Below, piece after piece: positions 9,839-19,761 of a stretch of DNA of 64,000 nucleotides. The notes beneath the pieces are model-generated. The model made no database searches. It worked only from the letters and a program-made list of their open reading frames with translations, and had not been told where the DNA came from. This DNA comes from Terriglobia bacterium. Lineage in GTDB: Bacteria > Acidobacteriota > Polarisedimenticolia > Polarisedimenticolales > JAIQFR01. Each line of letters starts with the position of its first letter. Position 1 is the stretch's first letter. Position numbers and translations under genes: made by a program. Location: positions 160,001 through 224,000 of the forward strand of contig CAVVHE010000006.1 in assembly GCA_963748015.1 (NCBI GenBank). Reading direction: 5' to 3'.

Positions 9839-10495
9839 ATGCCGAAATCGGGACGAGTCGCAATCGCCGCCTTCGTCGTGACCTGCCTGGCGGCCGCAGC
9901 GGGGGCCGCGCTCGCCGAGGAGAAGGCGCCCCCACCCCAGCAGGAGCAGGCGCTCCAACCGCAGACCGAGGTCTTCACCGGGACGCTCATGATCGTGAGC
10001 GGGCCGGGTGGGGCTCAAATGGGCCGGATCAAGATCACGGTGGAGCACTGGACGACCGACGAGGAGCGGAAGACGCTCGCCGAGGCGATCCGCTCGGGTA
10101 ACGAGGCGAGCCGCGGAGGTAACGACGCCCTCGTCGACGCGATGGACAAGCTGCAGGCCGGCTACGTGCAGATCGAGAACAACCTGCGCTGGCCGATCCG
10201 CTCCGCCGCCTCGTGGAAGACCGAGAAGGGCCGCAAAGTCCGATTCGCGACGAACCGGCCGATCAACTACCAGGAAACCGCGATGAACAGCCGGAGCTCC
10301 GACTACCCAATCGGGTTCATCGAGTTGGTCCTTCCCCCCGAGGGGAAGGGGGAAGGCGTGCTCCTAGTCGCGACGCAGGTCGAGTTCGGCTCGGACGGCA
10401 AGCTCCAGGTGAGATCGCTTCCGACCAACACGGGGCCGCAGAAGGTCACGAATGTCGTCTCCGAGCTGCTCAAGCCGAAGAAGAGCAAGAACTAG
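9839..10495 (+). CDS. Exported hypothetical protein
   Basis: GGAGG RBS, signal peptide ending ALA, globular composition. Confidence 0.75.
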   Translation: MPKSGRVAIAAFVVTCLAAAAGAALAEEKAPPPQQEQALQPQTEVFTGTLMIVSGPGGAQMGRIKITVEHWTTDEERKTLAEAIRSGNEASRGGNDALVDAMDKLQAGYVQIENNLRWPIRSAASWKTEKGRKVRFATNRPINYQETAMNSRSSDYPIGFIELVLPPEGKGEGVLLVATQVEFGSDGKLQVRSLPTNTGPQKVTNVVSELLKPKKSKN

Positions 10496-10640
10496 TAGAA
10501 GTACCAGGTCGACAGCCGAGACCGATCTTGGATCGGATGGCACCTCTCCCGACGCGCGAGCGTGATAAGATCCGCTTCGATCAAGCTCTCGGCCATGGAG
10601 GATCCGTGCCGGGCCTCGGGCCGGGGGATGGGGGCTGCCC

Positions 10641-11477
10641 ATGAAAAACGCTATCGGCGCCGTTATCGTCGTCCTGGCTGTCGCCGCAACGCCGGTCGCG
10701 GCAGGCTTTCCCGGCGACGTCCCGGATCGCCTTCAGGTCTCGTTCGGCGGGATGGTCACCGCCCTCGACACGCAGGCCTCCGCCGGCAAGACGCGCGGCG
10801 GTCTCGGCATGACGATCAAGTTCGAGGACTTCTTCAACATGCCGAGCTCCAATTGGACAGGTTTCCTGAACGGCTCCTGGCGTTTCGCCGGCCGTCAGTA
10901 CATCGACTTCGGCTGGCTCAACATCGACCGCTCGGGCAGCCGGATGAACTCCGAGGACGTCGAGTTCAGGGACTACACCTTCCTCGCGGGATCCGAGCTC
11001 GAGGGCGGGCTCGATTCGTCCTTCCCCTACCTGGCATACCGGTACGATTTCCTCCAGCTCGACCAGGTGAAGATCTCCGGCTCGGCCGGCATATCGTACA
11101 TCGACCTCACGGCCTGGCTGGCCGCCGACGCGGGAGTCATCGACCCCGAGGGGAATCTCATCGAGGGCTACAGGAAAGCCGAGATGTCGATCGGGTTGCC
11201 CGTCCCGGTCATCGGTTTCGAGATGGACTGGGCCGTCTCCAAGCGCAATTCCATCGTCATGTCCGGCCGCATGATCTACGCGAACTTCTCCGGGTTGCGA
11301 GCCCAGATCTCGGAGAATTCGTTTCACTGGTATTACCACCCCTGGAAGCACTGGGCCCTCGGCGCCGGTTTTGACAGGATCGCGATCGGCATTCCGAGCT
11401 ACGAGAAAGACGGCCAATTCGCGACGTTCAGCTACAACCTCACTGGCTTGGCGATCTTCGGGAAGGCCAGCTTCTAG
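10641..11477 (+). CDS. Outer-membrane beta-barrel protein (paralog of 8932..9780)
   Basis: Signal peptide, FPGDVPDRL, IDFGWLNIDRSG, terminal F. Confidence 0.78.
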   Translation: MKNAIGAVIVVLAVAATPVAAGFPGDVPDRLQVSFGGMVTALDTQASAGKTRGGLGMTIKFEDFFNMPSSNWTGFLNGSWRFAGRQYIDFGWLNIDRSGSRMNSEDVEFRDYTFLAGSELEGGLDSSFPYLAYRYDFLQLDQVKISGSAGISYIDLTAWLAADAGVIDPEGNLIEGYRKAEMSIGLPVPVIGFEMDWAVSKRNSIVMSGRMIYANFSGLRAQISENSFHWYYHPWKHWALGAGFDRIAIGIPSYEKDGQFATFSYNLTGLAIFGKASF

Positions 11478-11529
11478 AACGATGGGAGGCGGCCGCGCGA
11501 TATCCGGGCCGCCCAAGGAGGTCGGATCC

Positions 11530-12093
11530 ATGAAAGGCCTGATCGCTCTTCTCGTCTTGGCTGCCGTTTCGACGCTCGCGTGGGCTCAGGCCCCACCCCC
11601 GACCGCCCCGGCGGGCCAGAAGACGCTGGCCGCAACGGTCGGCCTCTACGTGTTCCCGGCGAAGGGGCAAACACCCGAGAAGCAGTCGCAGGAAGAGGCG
11701 GAGTGCTACAACTGGGCCGTGCAGAACACGGGAACCGATCCGTTCCAGCTCGGCAAGCAGGCGGAGCAGCAAAAGGCCCAGACCGAGCAGGCCAAGCAGC
11801 AGGCCGCGACCGCGGGCGACGGCGCGGGCGCGAAGGGTGCGGTGAAGGGCGCCGCGGTGGGCGCGCTCATCGGCGAGGTCGGCTCCGGCAACGCCAGCAA
11901 GGGCGCGGCGTACGGCGCCGCGGCCGGCGCGATCGCGGGGCGGCGAAAAAAAGAAAAGGCACAGGATCAGGCCATGGCCCAGGCGGAGCAGCAGGGCCAG
12001 GCGGCCCAGCAGGCGACCCAGCAGCAGCTGGACGGGTTCAAGAAGGCCTTCAGCGTGTGTCTCGAGTCGAAAAACTACATGGTCAAGTTCTGA
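11530..12093 (+). CDS. Glycine-zipper (YMGG-like) exported protein
   Basis: AAGGAGG RBS; YVFPAKGQ..ECYNWA; GAVKGAAVGALIG..GAAYGAAAGAIAG zipper; C-terminal AFSVCLESKNY. Confidence 0.8.
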   Translation: MKGLIALLVLAAVSTLAWAQAPPPTAPAGQKTLAATVGLYVFPAKGQTPEKQSQEEAECYNWAVQNTGTDPFQLGKQAEQQKAQTEQAKQQAATAGDGAGAKGAVKGAAVGALIGEVGSGNASKGAAYGAAAGAIAGRRKKEKAQDQAMAQAEQQGQAAQQATQQQLDGFKKAFSVCLESKNYMVKF

Positions 12094-12111
12094 GGCGGGA
12101 CGGAGGAGACG

Positions 12112-12537
12112 ATGACGAACGCTTCGAAGTGCGCGCTCGCGGGGCTCCTGCTCGTCCTGGCTTCCGGCTCCGCCCTCGCCGACGACGTCACGGGAGCGAG
12201 CCGCATCCTGTGCTCGGCCGCCCAGGCGACCGTGTGCGGGGACGACGGGGAATGCGAGACGGCCGTGCCGTGGACCTGGAACATCCCGCAGTTCATGGAG
12301 CTCGACTTTCCCGGCAAGATGCTCGCCACGACGAAGGCTAGCGGGGAGAACCGCCAGACGCCGATGGGGACGGTGAAGCGCGAGGGCGGGTGGATCTTCA
12401 TCCAGGGGATCGAGGCCGGCCGCGCGTTCAGCTTCGCGATCGAGGAGGAGACCGGCTTGATGTCGGTCGCCGTGGCCAGGCGCGGTCTGACCGTTTCCGT
12501 GTTCGGCGCGTGTACGCCGATGCCGGCGTCGCGCTAG
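12112..12537 (+). CDS. Small exported Cys-containing hypothetical protein
   Basis: GGAGGAG RBS, signal peptide, four Cys in the mature part. Confidence 0.75.
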   Translation: MTNASKCALAGLLLVLASGSALADDVTGASRILCSAAQATVCGDDGECETAVPWTWNIPQFMELDFPGKMLATTKASGENRQTPMGTVKREGGWIFIQGIEAGRAFSFAIEEETGLMSVAVARRGLTVSVFGACTPMPASR

Positions 12538-12640
12538 CCCAGCGGGCCAGGCTCGGGACGAGGGCACGAGACCTCCGCGGCTCCGGGCGAAACGTAGCGC
12601 GATGTCGCCGCTCTGCGGCGTGCCCGCGCCGGGAGGTTTC

Positions 12641-13270
12641 ATGACGAAGCGTGGCTGGGGGATCTTCCGGGTCGTCGCGGTCACCTGCGGTTTGGCGGTC
12701 GCCGCGGCGGGCGCCCAGACGAAGACGGCGGAGAGCCAGGGCGGGAAGTCGTCGCCCGAGACGCGGCCTCGCAAGATCCTCGTCCTGGTGGTCGCGCCCG
12801 ATCCGACGACGCGGATCGCCGTCGAGAAAGTGATCGCGGGCGAGCTCTCGCTTCGCGGCGCCACCGCCGTGGCCTCGCACGTCTCGTTCCCCGAGCTTCC
12901 GAAGGAGCGCGGCCCGTTCGAGGAGAAGCTCGTCGCGGACGGCTTCGACGCGGTGACCGTGAGCCGCCTCGTCGGCCGGAACGACAAGTCCACGTACAAG
13001 GAGGGGTCCGACTCGTTCCAGCCCGAGTATCTGGGCATGGGGGTGTGGGGCGGGTACTGGTTCACCTACCACCAGGTCACCCTTCCCGAGTACCTTTCGA
13101 AGGAGACCCGCGTCCGCGTGCGCACCGATTTCTGGCGGGCGTCGGGCAAGGAGGGGCGGCTTGTCTGGTCGGGAACGACCGATCTGTTCGACCCCATGAC
13201 GCTGGTCCAGGCTGCGCGCGAGGTCGGCGTCGCCGTCACGCAGGCGCTTGCGAAGGCGAAGCTCATTTGA
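12641..13270 (+). CDS. Exported hypothetical protein (alpha/beta, DUF4136-like)
   Basis: GGAGG RBS, signal peptide, KILVLVV..RIAVE, DAVTVSRL, RLVWSG. Confidence 0.7.
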   Translation: MTKRGWGIFRVVAVTCGLAVAAAGAQTKTAESQGGKSSPETRPRKILVLVVAPDPTTRIAVEKVIAGELSLRGATAVASHVSFPELPKERGPFEEKLVADGFDAVTVSRLVGRNDKSTYKEGSDSFQPEYLGMGVWGGYWFTYHQVTLPEYLSKETRVRVRTDFWRASGKEGRLVWSGTTDLFDPMTLVQAAREVGVAVTQALAKAKLI

Positions 13271-13283
13271 GGAGGTGCGTGCC

Positions 13284-13898
13284 ATGAAGCGAGGCTCGTG
13301 GATCCCGTTGGCCCTGGCGACGTGGTGCATCCTGGCCTTCGGCGCCTCTCCCGTCTACGAGCTCGCTGACCGCAGGACGAACTCGGACGTCAGGCCGCGG
13401 AAGCTCCACAAGCTCATCGTCATCGCGATCTCCGACGACCGGGAAGTGCGCAACCGGTTCGAGGACAAGTTCGTCACGCACCTCAAGGGGAAGGGCTTCG
13501 ACGCGCTGATCAGCCACGAGCTCGTGCCCGACCTCACGACCCCCGCAGACCGTCAGAGCGTCCTCGACGCCCTGGCCCGGGAAAAGGTGGACGGCGCCCT
13601 GACCGTCCGCGCGGTGCCGCTCGAGGACGTCAGCGAGGCGACGTGGAGCGCCGCCTGGACCGCCTGGGTGGACGAGCCCTCGACCGTGCGCGACCTCGTC
13701 CGGAGCACCGTGCCGGTCGCGAAGAAGAAGGCGAAGATGTACGGGGTCGAGGTCGCGCTGTGGGACGCCGAGGCGTCGCGACCGCTGTGGGCGGCGCGAA
13801 CGCGCGCCGTCTCCATTCGGGACCTCAAAGCGGGAGTCGGCGACCTCCTGGGTCTCACGATGGCGGCGCTCAAGGACACTCCCTGGCTTGGACCGTAG
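13284..13898 (+). CDS. Exported hypothetical protein, tandem paralog of preceding gene
   Basis: GAGGAGG RBS; KLIVIAI..RNRFED, DGALTVRA, RPLWAA parallel the motifs of 12641..13270. Confidence 0.7.
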   Translation: MKRGSWIPLALATWCILAFGASPVYELADRRTNSDVRPRKLHKLIVIAISDDREVRNRFEDKFVTHLKGKGFDALISHELVPDLTTPADRQSVLDALAREKVDGALTVRAVPLEDVSEATWSAAWTAWVDEPSTVRDLVRSTVPVAKKKAKMYGVEVALWDAEASRPLWAARTRAVSIRDLKAGVGDLLGLTMAALKDTPWLGP

Positions 13899-13947
13899 AA
13901 ATCGCTCCGGGAAGCACGGCAGCGCACGCGAAAGGGGGGCATTTCCG

Positions 13948-16209
13948 ATGCGGACGTGGACGAGGGTTGCGTTCCTTGGGGCGGTCATCCTGCTGGCAGG
14001 CGTTCTCGTCGTCCCTGTCCGGGCCGCGACGCCTGCCGCGAAGTCGGCGGCGGATCCCGCCGCCCCCGCTCCCGGCGCGGGCCAGAAGCCTCGCCTCTTC
14101 CTCGTGCTGAGCGGCGGCGGAGCCCGCGGTGCCGCCCACATCGGCGTTCTCAAGGTCCTCGAAGAGCTGCACGTCCCGGTGGACATGGTCGTCGGGACGA
14201 GCATGGGATCGATCGTCGGAGGGCTCTACGCGACCGGCTGGACGCCCGACGAGATGGAGGCGTTTCTGCTGCAGGTCGACTGGGACCGGGTCTTCATCGA
14301 CCAGGTGGACCGGGACGAGAAGCCGTACCGGCGCCGGCAAGACGACACCCGATTCTTCGTCAAGGCCAAGATCCGCTTCAAGGGATGGAAGCCGTACATC
14401 CCTGCGGGCGTGCTCGGAGGCCAGCGCCTCGAGCTGATGCTCCGGGCGGTCGAGTTCGAGTCCACGGGCGAGACGGACTTCGACAAGTTCCCGATCCCCT
14501 ACCGGGCGGTCGCGGCGGACCTCAACGAGAACGAGCCGTTCGTCGTCGACCACGGGAGCCTCGCCACCGCCATGCGCGCGAGCATGTCCATCGCCGGCGC
14601 CTTCGCGCCCGTCGAGATCGAAGGGCACGTTCTCGTGGACGGCGGGGCGGTCGCGAACCTCCCGGTCCGCATCGCGCAGGGCCTCGGGGCCGACGCGGTC
14701 GTCGCGGTGGACATCACGAGCCCGCTCGGGACCAAGGACGAGCTGGGATCGTTCCTCTCGGTCATGAGCCAAATGAGCTCGCTGCTCACGACCGGGAACC
14801 GCGGGGAGGACATCCGGAAGCTGAGGCCCCAGGACGTGCTGATTCGCCCGGAGCTGGGCGACATCTCGTTCTCGGATTTTCCCCGTGCGTCCGAGGCGAT
14901 CGTGATCGGGGAGAAGGCCGCTCGCGCGGCGGCGGAGCGGCTCAAGGCGTTCGCCGTTCCCGACGAGGAGTGGGCCGCCTACAAGGCCCGCCACCACAAG
15001 CGCCCGGCGAGCGAGCTCGTCGTCGACCACTTCGAGGTCAAGAACGAGAGCCTCGTCGACGACGACATCGTGCGGGCGCACATCGAGGTGCCCCTCGGTC
15101 GCCCGCTCGATCAGAAGGCGTTCGGCGAAAGTATCATGCGGCTCCAGGGTCTCGACTACTTCGGCGTGATAAGGCCTACGTTCGAGCGCCGGGAGGGCGA
15201 GGGCGACCTTTCGATGGTCGTTCCGCCGAAACCCTACGGAAGGAGCAGTCTCCAGGCGGGCCTGGGCTTCTACAGCGACCTGAAAGGGGAGAGCTCCGCC
15301 ACGATCACCGCGCGGCACCTCCTCCTCGCCGCGAATCGCCGGGGCGGAGAGTGGCAGAACACCTTCCAGATCGGCGAGCGGATGAGTTTGGCCACGGAGT
15401 TTTACCAGCCGCTTGACGCCGGCTTGAAGTGGTTCGTGGTGCCGGCCGCGCAGTGGTTCAAGGTTAACCGGGGGCTCTGGATGGACGGCGCCCACGTCGC
15501 CGATTACAGCGTGAAGAGTTACGGCGGAAGTCTCGACGCGGGACGCGTGCTGGGAAGTTGGGGCGACCTCAGCATCGGAGGGTTCGCGACCCGGAGCAGC
15601 GGCTCCGTCTTGATCGGTCCCGACGTCGCTCCCCCGTTTGCCGAGACGGACGCCGGGGTCCGACTCCGCTGGAACGCAGACACCCTCGACTCGGTGATCT
15701 TCCCGCGGCGCGGCTGGCGCTTGTTGTCCGAGTACTCGAACTCCCTCGATGCTTTCGGCGCCGACGCTCCGGGAGGCCGGGCGTTCGCGGGAGTGCTGAG
15801 CGCGATCGGCATCGGCCGCACGACCGTCATTCCCCACGTCGAGTACGGGGACAGTTTCCGGACACAGAGTAACCTCGGCCAGTTGTTCTCCCTCGGCGGA
15901 CTCTGGCGCCTTTCAGGACTCGCGCAGAACGAGCTGCTCGGGGAGCGCATGGCTCTCGCCTCGGCCGTGTTCTACAGGGAGCTCATGAAGGTCGGCCTCG
16001 GTGTCGTACGTACCAACGTCTACATTGGCGGCAGCCTCGAGGCCGGCAACGTTTTCAGCGAAAGCGATCCCTTCTCCCTCGACGCCCTCGACGCCGGGGG
16101 GTCGATCTTCGTGGGGGCCGACACCTTGATCGGCCCCGTCTACTTCGCCTGCGGTTTCGCCGAGAACGGGCGGCAGCGCTACTACGTGAGCATCGGCCAG
16201 ACGTTCTAG
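13948..16209 (+). CDS. Patatin-like phospholipase-POTRA-beta-barrel protein (PlpD / type Vd architecture)
   Basis: Signal peptide; SGGGARG, GTSMG and DGG catalytic motifs; C-terminal barrel ending YYVSIGQTF. Confidence 0.9.
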   Translation: MRTWTRVAFLGAVILLAGVLVVPVRAATPAAKSAADPAAPAPGAGQKPRLFLVLSGGGARGAAHIGVLKVLEELHVPVDMVVGTSMGSIVGGLYATGWTPDEMEAFLLQVDWDRVFIDQVDRDEKPYRRRQDDTRFFVKAKIRFKGWKPYIPAGVLGGQRLELMLRAVEFESTGETDFDKFPIPYRAVAADLNENEPFVVDHGSLATAMRASMSIAGAFAPVEIEGHVLVDGGAVANLPVRIAQGLGADAVVAVDITSPLGTKDELGSFLSVMSQMSSLLTTGNRGEDIRKLRPQDVLIRPELGDISFSDFPRASEAIVIGEKAARAAAERLKAFAVPDEEWAAYKARHHKRPASELVVDHFEVKNESLVDDDIVRAHIEVPLGRPLDQKAFGESIMRLQGLDYFGVIRPTFERREGEGDLSMVVPPKPYGRSSLQAGLGFYSDLKGESSATITARHLLLAANRRGGEWQNTFQIGERMSLATEFYQPLDAGLKWFVVPAAQWFKVNRGLWMDGAHVADYSVKSYGGSLDAGRVLGSWGDLSIGGFATRSSGSVLIGPDVAPPFAETDAGVRLRWNADTLDSVIFPRRGWRLLSEYSNSLDAFGADAPGGRAFAGVLSAIGIGRTTVIPHVEYGDSFRTQSNLGQLFSLGGLWRLSGLAQNELLGERMALASAVFYRELMKVGLGVVRTNVYIGGSLEAGNVFSESDPFSLDALDAGGSIFVGADTLIGPVYFACGFAENGRQRYYVSIGQTF

Positions 16210-16273
16210 GATCGAGCCACCGTCCCGGCGTCGGAACCGTTCACGATGCCGCGGATATCGACGGGAGGACGAC

Positions 16274-17206
16274 GTGAAGATCGCCAGGCTGATCGTCCTC
16301 GCGTTGCTCGTCACCCTCGCGGGAGCGCGCCGGGCGGGTGCGCAGGACATGGAGCCGCGCGCCTACTCGCCGTCCCCGGTCGGGACCAACTTCGTCGCGG
16401 TCGTCCTCGGCGGGACCCGCGGCGCGATCCTCTTCGATCCCGCGGTCCCAATCACCGACGCCCACGCGGAGCTCGGCCAGACCGTTCTGGGCTACGGTCG
16501 GTCGTTCGGTCTCTTCGGCCGGCAAGGACTCGTGCTGGTCGGGGTCCCGTACGCGTGGGGTTACGCCGAAGGGGCGGTGCAGGAGGAGACCCGACGCGTC
16601 CATCGGGACGGGTTCGGTGACATGCGCGTCAAGGCTTCGCTCAATCTCCTGGGACCGAAGGCAATGAGCCCGGAGGAGTTCCGCAAGGCACCCCGGCGGA
16701 CGGTCCTGGGCGTGAGCCTCGCCGTCCAGGCGCCCACCGGGGAGTACGACAGGACGAAGCTGATCAATCTGGGGACGGGCCGGTGGGCGATCAAGCCCGA
16801 GGTCGGCCTGTCGGTCCCGGTCGGCCGGTGGTTTCTCGACGCGTACGCGGGCGCCTGGTTCTTCGAAACCAACGACCAGTTTTACCCGGGCGACGCCACC
16901 CGGCGCCAGGACCCGCTCTACACCCTCCAGGCCCACGCGAGCTACACGTTCAAGAACCGCGCTTGGGTCGCGGCCGACGCGACGTGGTACGGAGGGGGCG
17001 CGTCCACGGTCGACTCGGGCTCCCCGTCGGAGCGTCAGAGCAACTCCCGCCTCGGAGGAACGGTCGCCGTCCCGATCACCAAGCGCCAGTCCATGAAGCT
17101 CGCGGCCAGCACCGGCACCTCCACGCGGACTGGAACCGACTTCGACACCGTTCTCGTCGGATGGCAATTCCTCTGGTTCGATCGCCCGCGCGACCGGAAG
17201 CCCTGA
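16274..17206 (+). CDS. Outer-membrane channel, phenol MetA-pathway/SphA-like transporter family
   Basis: Signal peptide, QDMEPRAYS..PVGTN, GFGD, APTGEYD..INLGTGRW motifs. Confidence 0.8.
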   Translation: MKIARLIVLALLVTLAGARRAGAQDMEPRAYSPSPVGTNFVAVVLGGTRGAILFDPAVPITDAHAELGQTVLGYGRSFGLFGRQGLVLVGVPYAWGYAEGAVQEETRRVHRDGFGDMRVKASLNLLGPKAMSPEEFRKAPRRTVLGVSLAVQAPTGEYDRTKLINLGTGRWAIKPEVGLSVPVGRWFLDAYAGAWFFETNDQFYPGDATRRQDPLYTLQAHASYTFKNRAWVAADATWYGGGASTVDSGSPSERQSNSRLGGTVAVPITKRQSMKLAASTGTSTRTGTDFDTVLVGWQFLWFDRPRDRKP

Positions 17207-17225
17207 GGGACCCGGGGCCTTGGAG

Positions 17226-18179
17226 TCACGGCGTGGTGACGGGCTTCCACGTCTTGTCGGGGTTGTAGCGGGTCATCGCGTTGAAGGTCTCGAGCGTCTT
17301 CGGGCCGAGGTCCTTCTCGTAAACCACGCCGTCGTGGCTCACGATGAAGGTCTTGATGCCCGTGACCTCATAGTCGGCCGGCGCGGCAACCATCGCGAAG
17401 CCCCCGATCATCACGCCCTTCACGAGGAAGTCCATCTCCCCCATGGGCGCGGCGGGGCCCTGACCCTTCAGGATCTTGAAGTAGTAGCCGTGGTACGGCT
17501 GGTACTTCTCCGAGTAGCCCTCGGCGATCACTCTGGCGATCCCCTCGCCTACCGGCCCCTGCCAGGATCCATCGGGTCCCTGCCACGCGAGCCCGTCGTG
17601 CTTGCCGGGGGTACTGATCACCCGCTGCGCGTACTGGTTGACCGGCGATCCATCGCGTTTCTCGGAGGCATACTCGATCTGCGCCTCGACGTAACCGCGG
17701 CAGACCTCGATGGCGTCCAGCTCGTTCTGTCCGATTCGGCGGTACAGGACCTCCCTGGCTCCCGTCTTCGAGTCGAAGCGCCACTTGCCGCCGTCCTGCA
17801 CGATCGGGATCGGCATCGGCCAGTCTTCGTCGCCGGTCACCAGGATGGCCACCTTCGGCTTCGCGGGGTCGCGGACGATCCGGTGCTTCTCGCGGGCCTG
17901 CGCGGCGAACGCCATGCCCGTGTTCTTGTCCTGGACCGGGTCCTCGGTGACCACGAGGTCCACGCCGTCAGGCCCGAGGATCTCCTTCAATGCTGCGACG
18001 TCGAACTTCTCGGCCGCGGCGATCAACGCCTCGCTCGCTTGCTCCGGCGTGTCGAACTTCTTTTGTGCTCCCTGCGCGGGAGCCGCGGCGGCACCGGAGG
18101 GCAAGGACGCCGCGAAGGCGATGCCGAGGCAAAGGAGGAAGAAAGCCCGCATGAGTGTTTTCGATGTCATCGCGCTCAC
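17226..18179 (-). CDS. DUF2950-domain exported protein
   Basis: WPMPIPIV, RRIGQNELDAI, YAQRVISTPGKHDGL, PYHGYYFKIL, GIKTFIVSHDGVVYEKDLG. GTGA overlap with the upstream stop. Confidence 0.88.
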   Translation of the reverse strand: MSAMTSKTLMRAFFLLCLGIAFAASLPSGAAAAPAQGAQKKFDTPEQASEALIAAAEKFDVAALKEILGPDGVDLVVTEDPVQDKNTGMAFAAQAREKHRIVRDPAKPKVAILVTGDEDWPMPIPIVQDGGKWRFDSKTGAREVLYRRIGQNELDAIEVCRGYVEAQIEYASEKRDGSPVNQYAQRVISTPGKHDGLAWQGPDGSWQGPVGEGIARVIAEGYSEKYQPYHGYYFKILKGQGPAAPMGEMDFLVKGVMIGGFAMVAAPADYEVTGIKTFIVSHDGVVYEKDLGPKTLETFNAMTRYNPDKTWKPVTTP

Positions 18180-19579
18180 CTCCGCCCGCCGCCTCTGCCA
18201 CCACCGCCTCTTCCGCCACCGCCGCCCCTGCTGCCGCCATAGCTCGAGGCGCCGCGCGACGAGCTGGCCCGGGCGCTGCTGCCGCTGTACCCGCCGGAGC
18301 CTCCGCTGAAGCCGCTCCCTCCGGCTCTCGATCCACTGCTGCTCGGGACGCTCCGGTTGCCGACCTTGTCTCCACCGGCGCCCCCCGACACGCTGGGAGA
18401 GCCGCCCCGCGTTCCCGCGCCGCCGGTCTGGCTCGCGCTAGGCGCGCCGCCCCGCGTTCCCGCGCCGCCAGTCTGGCTCGCGCTGGGCGCGCCGCCGCGG
18501 GTTCCCGCGCCGCCGGTCTGGCTCGCGCTCGGTCCGCCGCCGCGCGTACCCGCGCCGCCGGTCTGGCTCGCGCTCGGCCCGCCTCCGCGATTCGACCCGC
18601 CGCCGTACTTGTTCGCCGTCGCCTTGTCGCCGTACGGCGCGGCGCCGCGATGCTGGGGGTTGTGCTGCCAGTTGTTGCCGCCCGCGCCCCCTCCGCCGTA
18701 GTGGTTGACCCTGTTGAAATTGTTGTTGACGTTGATGTTGACGCTGCCGCCGTGCCACCCGCACCCGCAGCACGCGCCGCCCCACATCGCCGCGCCCCAC
18801 ATCACCCCGAAGGAGAACGCCACGAACGCCGCCCCGGGTGGCGGGGGCGGGGGATAGTAGATCGGTGGATACGGATAGTAGACGGGCGGGCCGTAGACGA
18901 CCACGGGGCTGTAAGACGGGACGTAGATGACCTCGGGGTTCGAGGGCTCCACGACGATCACGGTCTTGTTCTCGACGACCTGCGTCTCGACCTTCTGCTG
19001 CTGGTTCGTCTCCAGGGCGCCCTTGTCCATGGCCTTCTTCCGCATCCGCTGCACGGCGTCCATGACGTCGCTCTGCTGCGCGAGGAAGGCGTTTCCGAGG
19101 TCCGTCGTCCACTGAATGTCGTCCGCGAGGCGCTTCACCACCTCGGGAGTCGCCGCCATGGACTGGACGCTCGGGTCCCAGGGCTGCTTGGCGACCGCGT
19201 CCGCGAGCGCCTTGTCCTTCAGTTCCTTGTTCTTCGCGAGCCACTGCTGGAGCTGGATGATCTCGAGCGGGTAGGTGGACGCCACGAGCGTCTGGGCGAG
19301 CAGCGGATCGGGGTAGAGGGCGATCGGGGCCACCAGGGATTCGAGCTGCTCGGGGGCAAGCTTCGTCGCCTCCGGCGCGGCGGCGCCGTTCGGCTTGGCG
19401 GGCGCGGGTGTGCCGGGGGCCGGTGCGGTAGCCTGCGGCGCGACCTGCTGCGGGGCCGCCGGCTTCTCCTGCGCTAGCAATAGCCCTTCCCCGGGCAGGA
19501 GCAGGATCGCACAGGTGAGCGCCATGAGGGCGCGACGCCCCGGTCTCACCGTGCGGTATCGCGGCGTGGTCCTCTGCAT
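18176..19579 (-). CDS. DUF3300-domain protein with Gly/Arg-rich repetitive tail
   Basis: LVAPIALYPDPLLAQ, WDPSVQS, WTTDLGNAFL, VIYVPSY, WQHNPQHR. Start at MQRTTPR; the longer 665-aa ORF extension overlaps another gene. Confidence 0.88.
   Translation of the reverse strand: MQRTTPRYRTVRPGRRALMALTCAILLLPGEGLLLAQEKPAAPQQVAPQATAPAPGTPAPAKPNGAAAPEATKLAPEQLESLVAPIALYPDPLLAQTLVASTYPLEIIQLQQWLAKNKELKDKALADAVAKQPWDPSVQSMAATPEVVKRLADDIQWTTDLGNAFLAQQSDVMDAVQRMRKKAMDKGALETNQQQKVETQVVENKTVIVVEPSNPEVIYVPSYSPVVVYGPPVYYPYPPIYYPPPPPPGAAFVAFSFGVMWGAAMWGGACCGCGWHGGSVNINVNNNFNRVNHYGGGGAGGNNWQHNPQHRGAAPYGDKATANKYGGGSNRGGGPSASQTGGAGTRGGGPSASQTGGAGTRGGAPSASQTGGAGTRGGAPSASQTGGAGTRGGSPSVSGGAGGDKVGNRSVPSSSGSRAGGSGFSGGSGGYSGSSARASSSRGASSYGGSRGGGGGRGGGGRGGGRR
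18391..18589 (-). repeat. 45-bp tandem repeat x ~4.4, encoding RGG(G/A/S)PSASQTGGAGT
   Basis: Units begin at 18391, 18436, 18481, 18526 and 18571 (partial), with mostly synonymous differences. Confidence 0.93.
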
Positions 19580-19761
19580 GGTGGCCGTCCCTTCTCCGAG
19601 ATGATCACTCGAAACGCCGGGTGGACCGGCGTACGGACAAGCAGCATAAGGCAATTCGGGCGGGCGAGACAACCGGAGTCCCGGTGAGATCGAGCAGCTC
19701 CGACGCACTCTCGGGCAGGCATGGACGGCGCGCCCCAAGGCCGGAGCGCCGGGAAACCCCG

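Noticed and set aside
18391..18589. Possible CRISPR array
   Set aside because: The units are contiguous 45-bp coding repeats with no unique spacers, and there are no cas genes.
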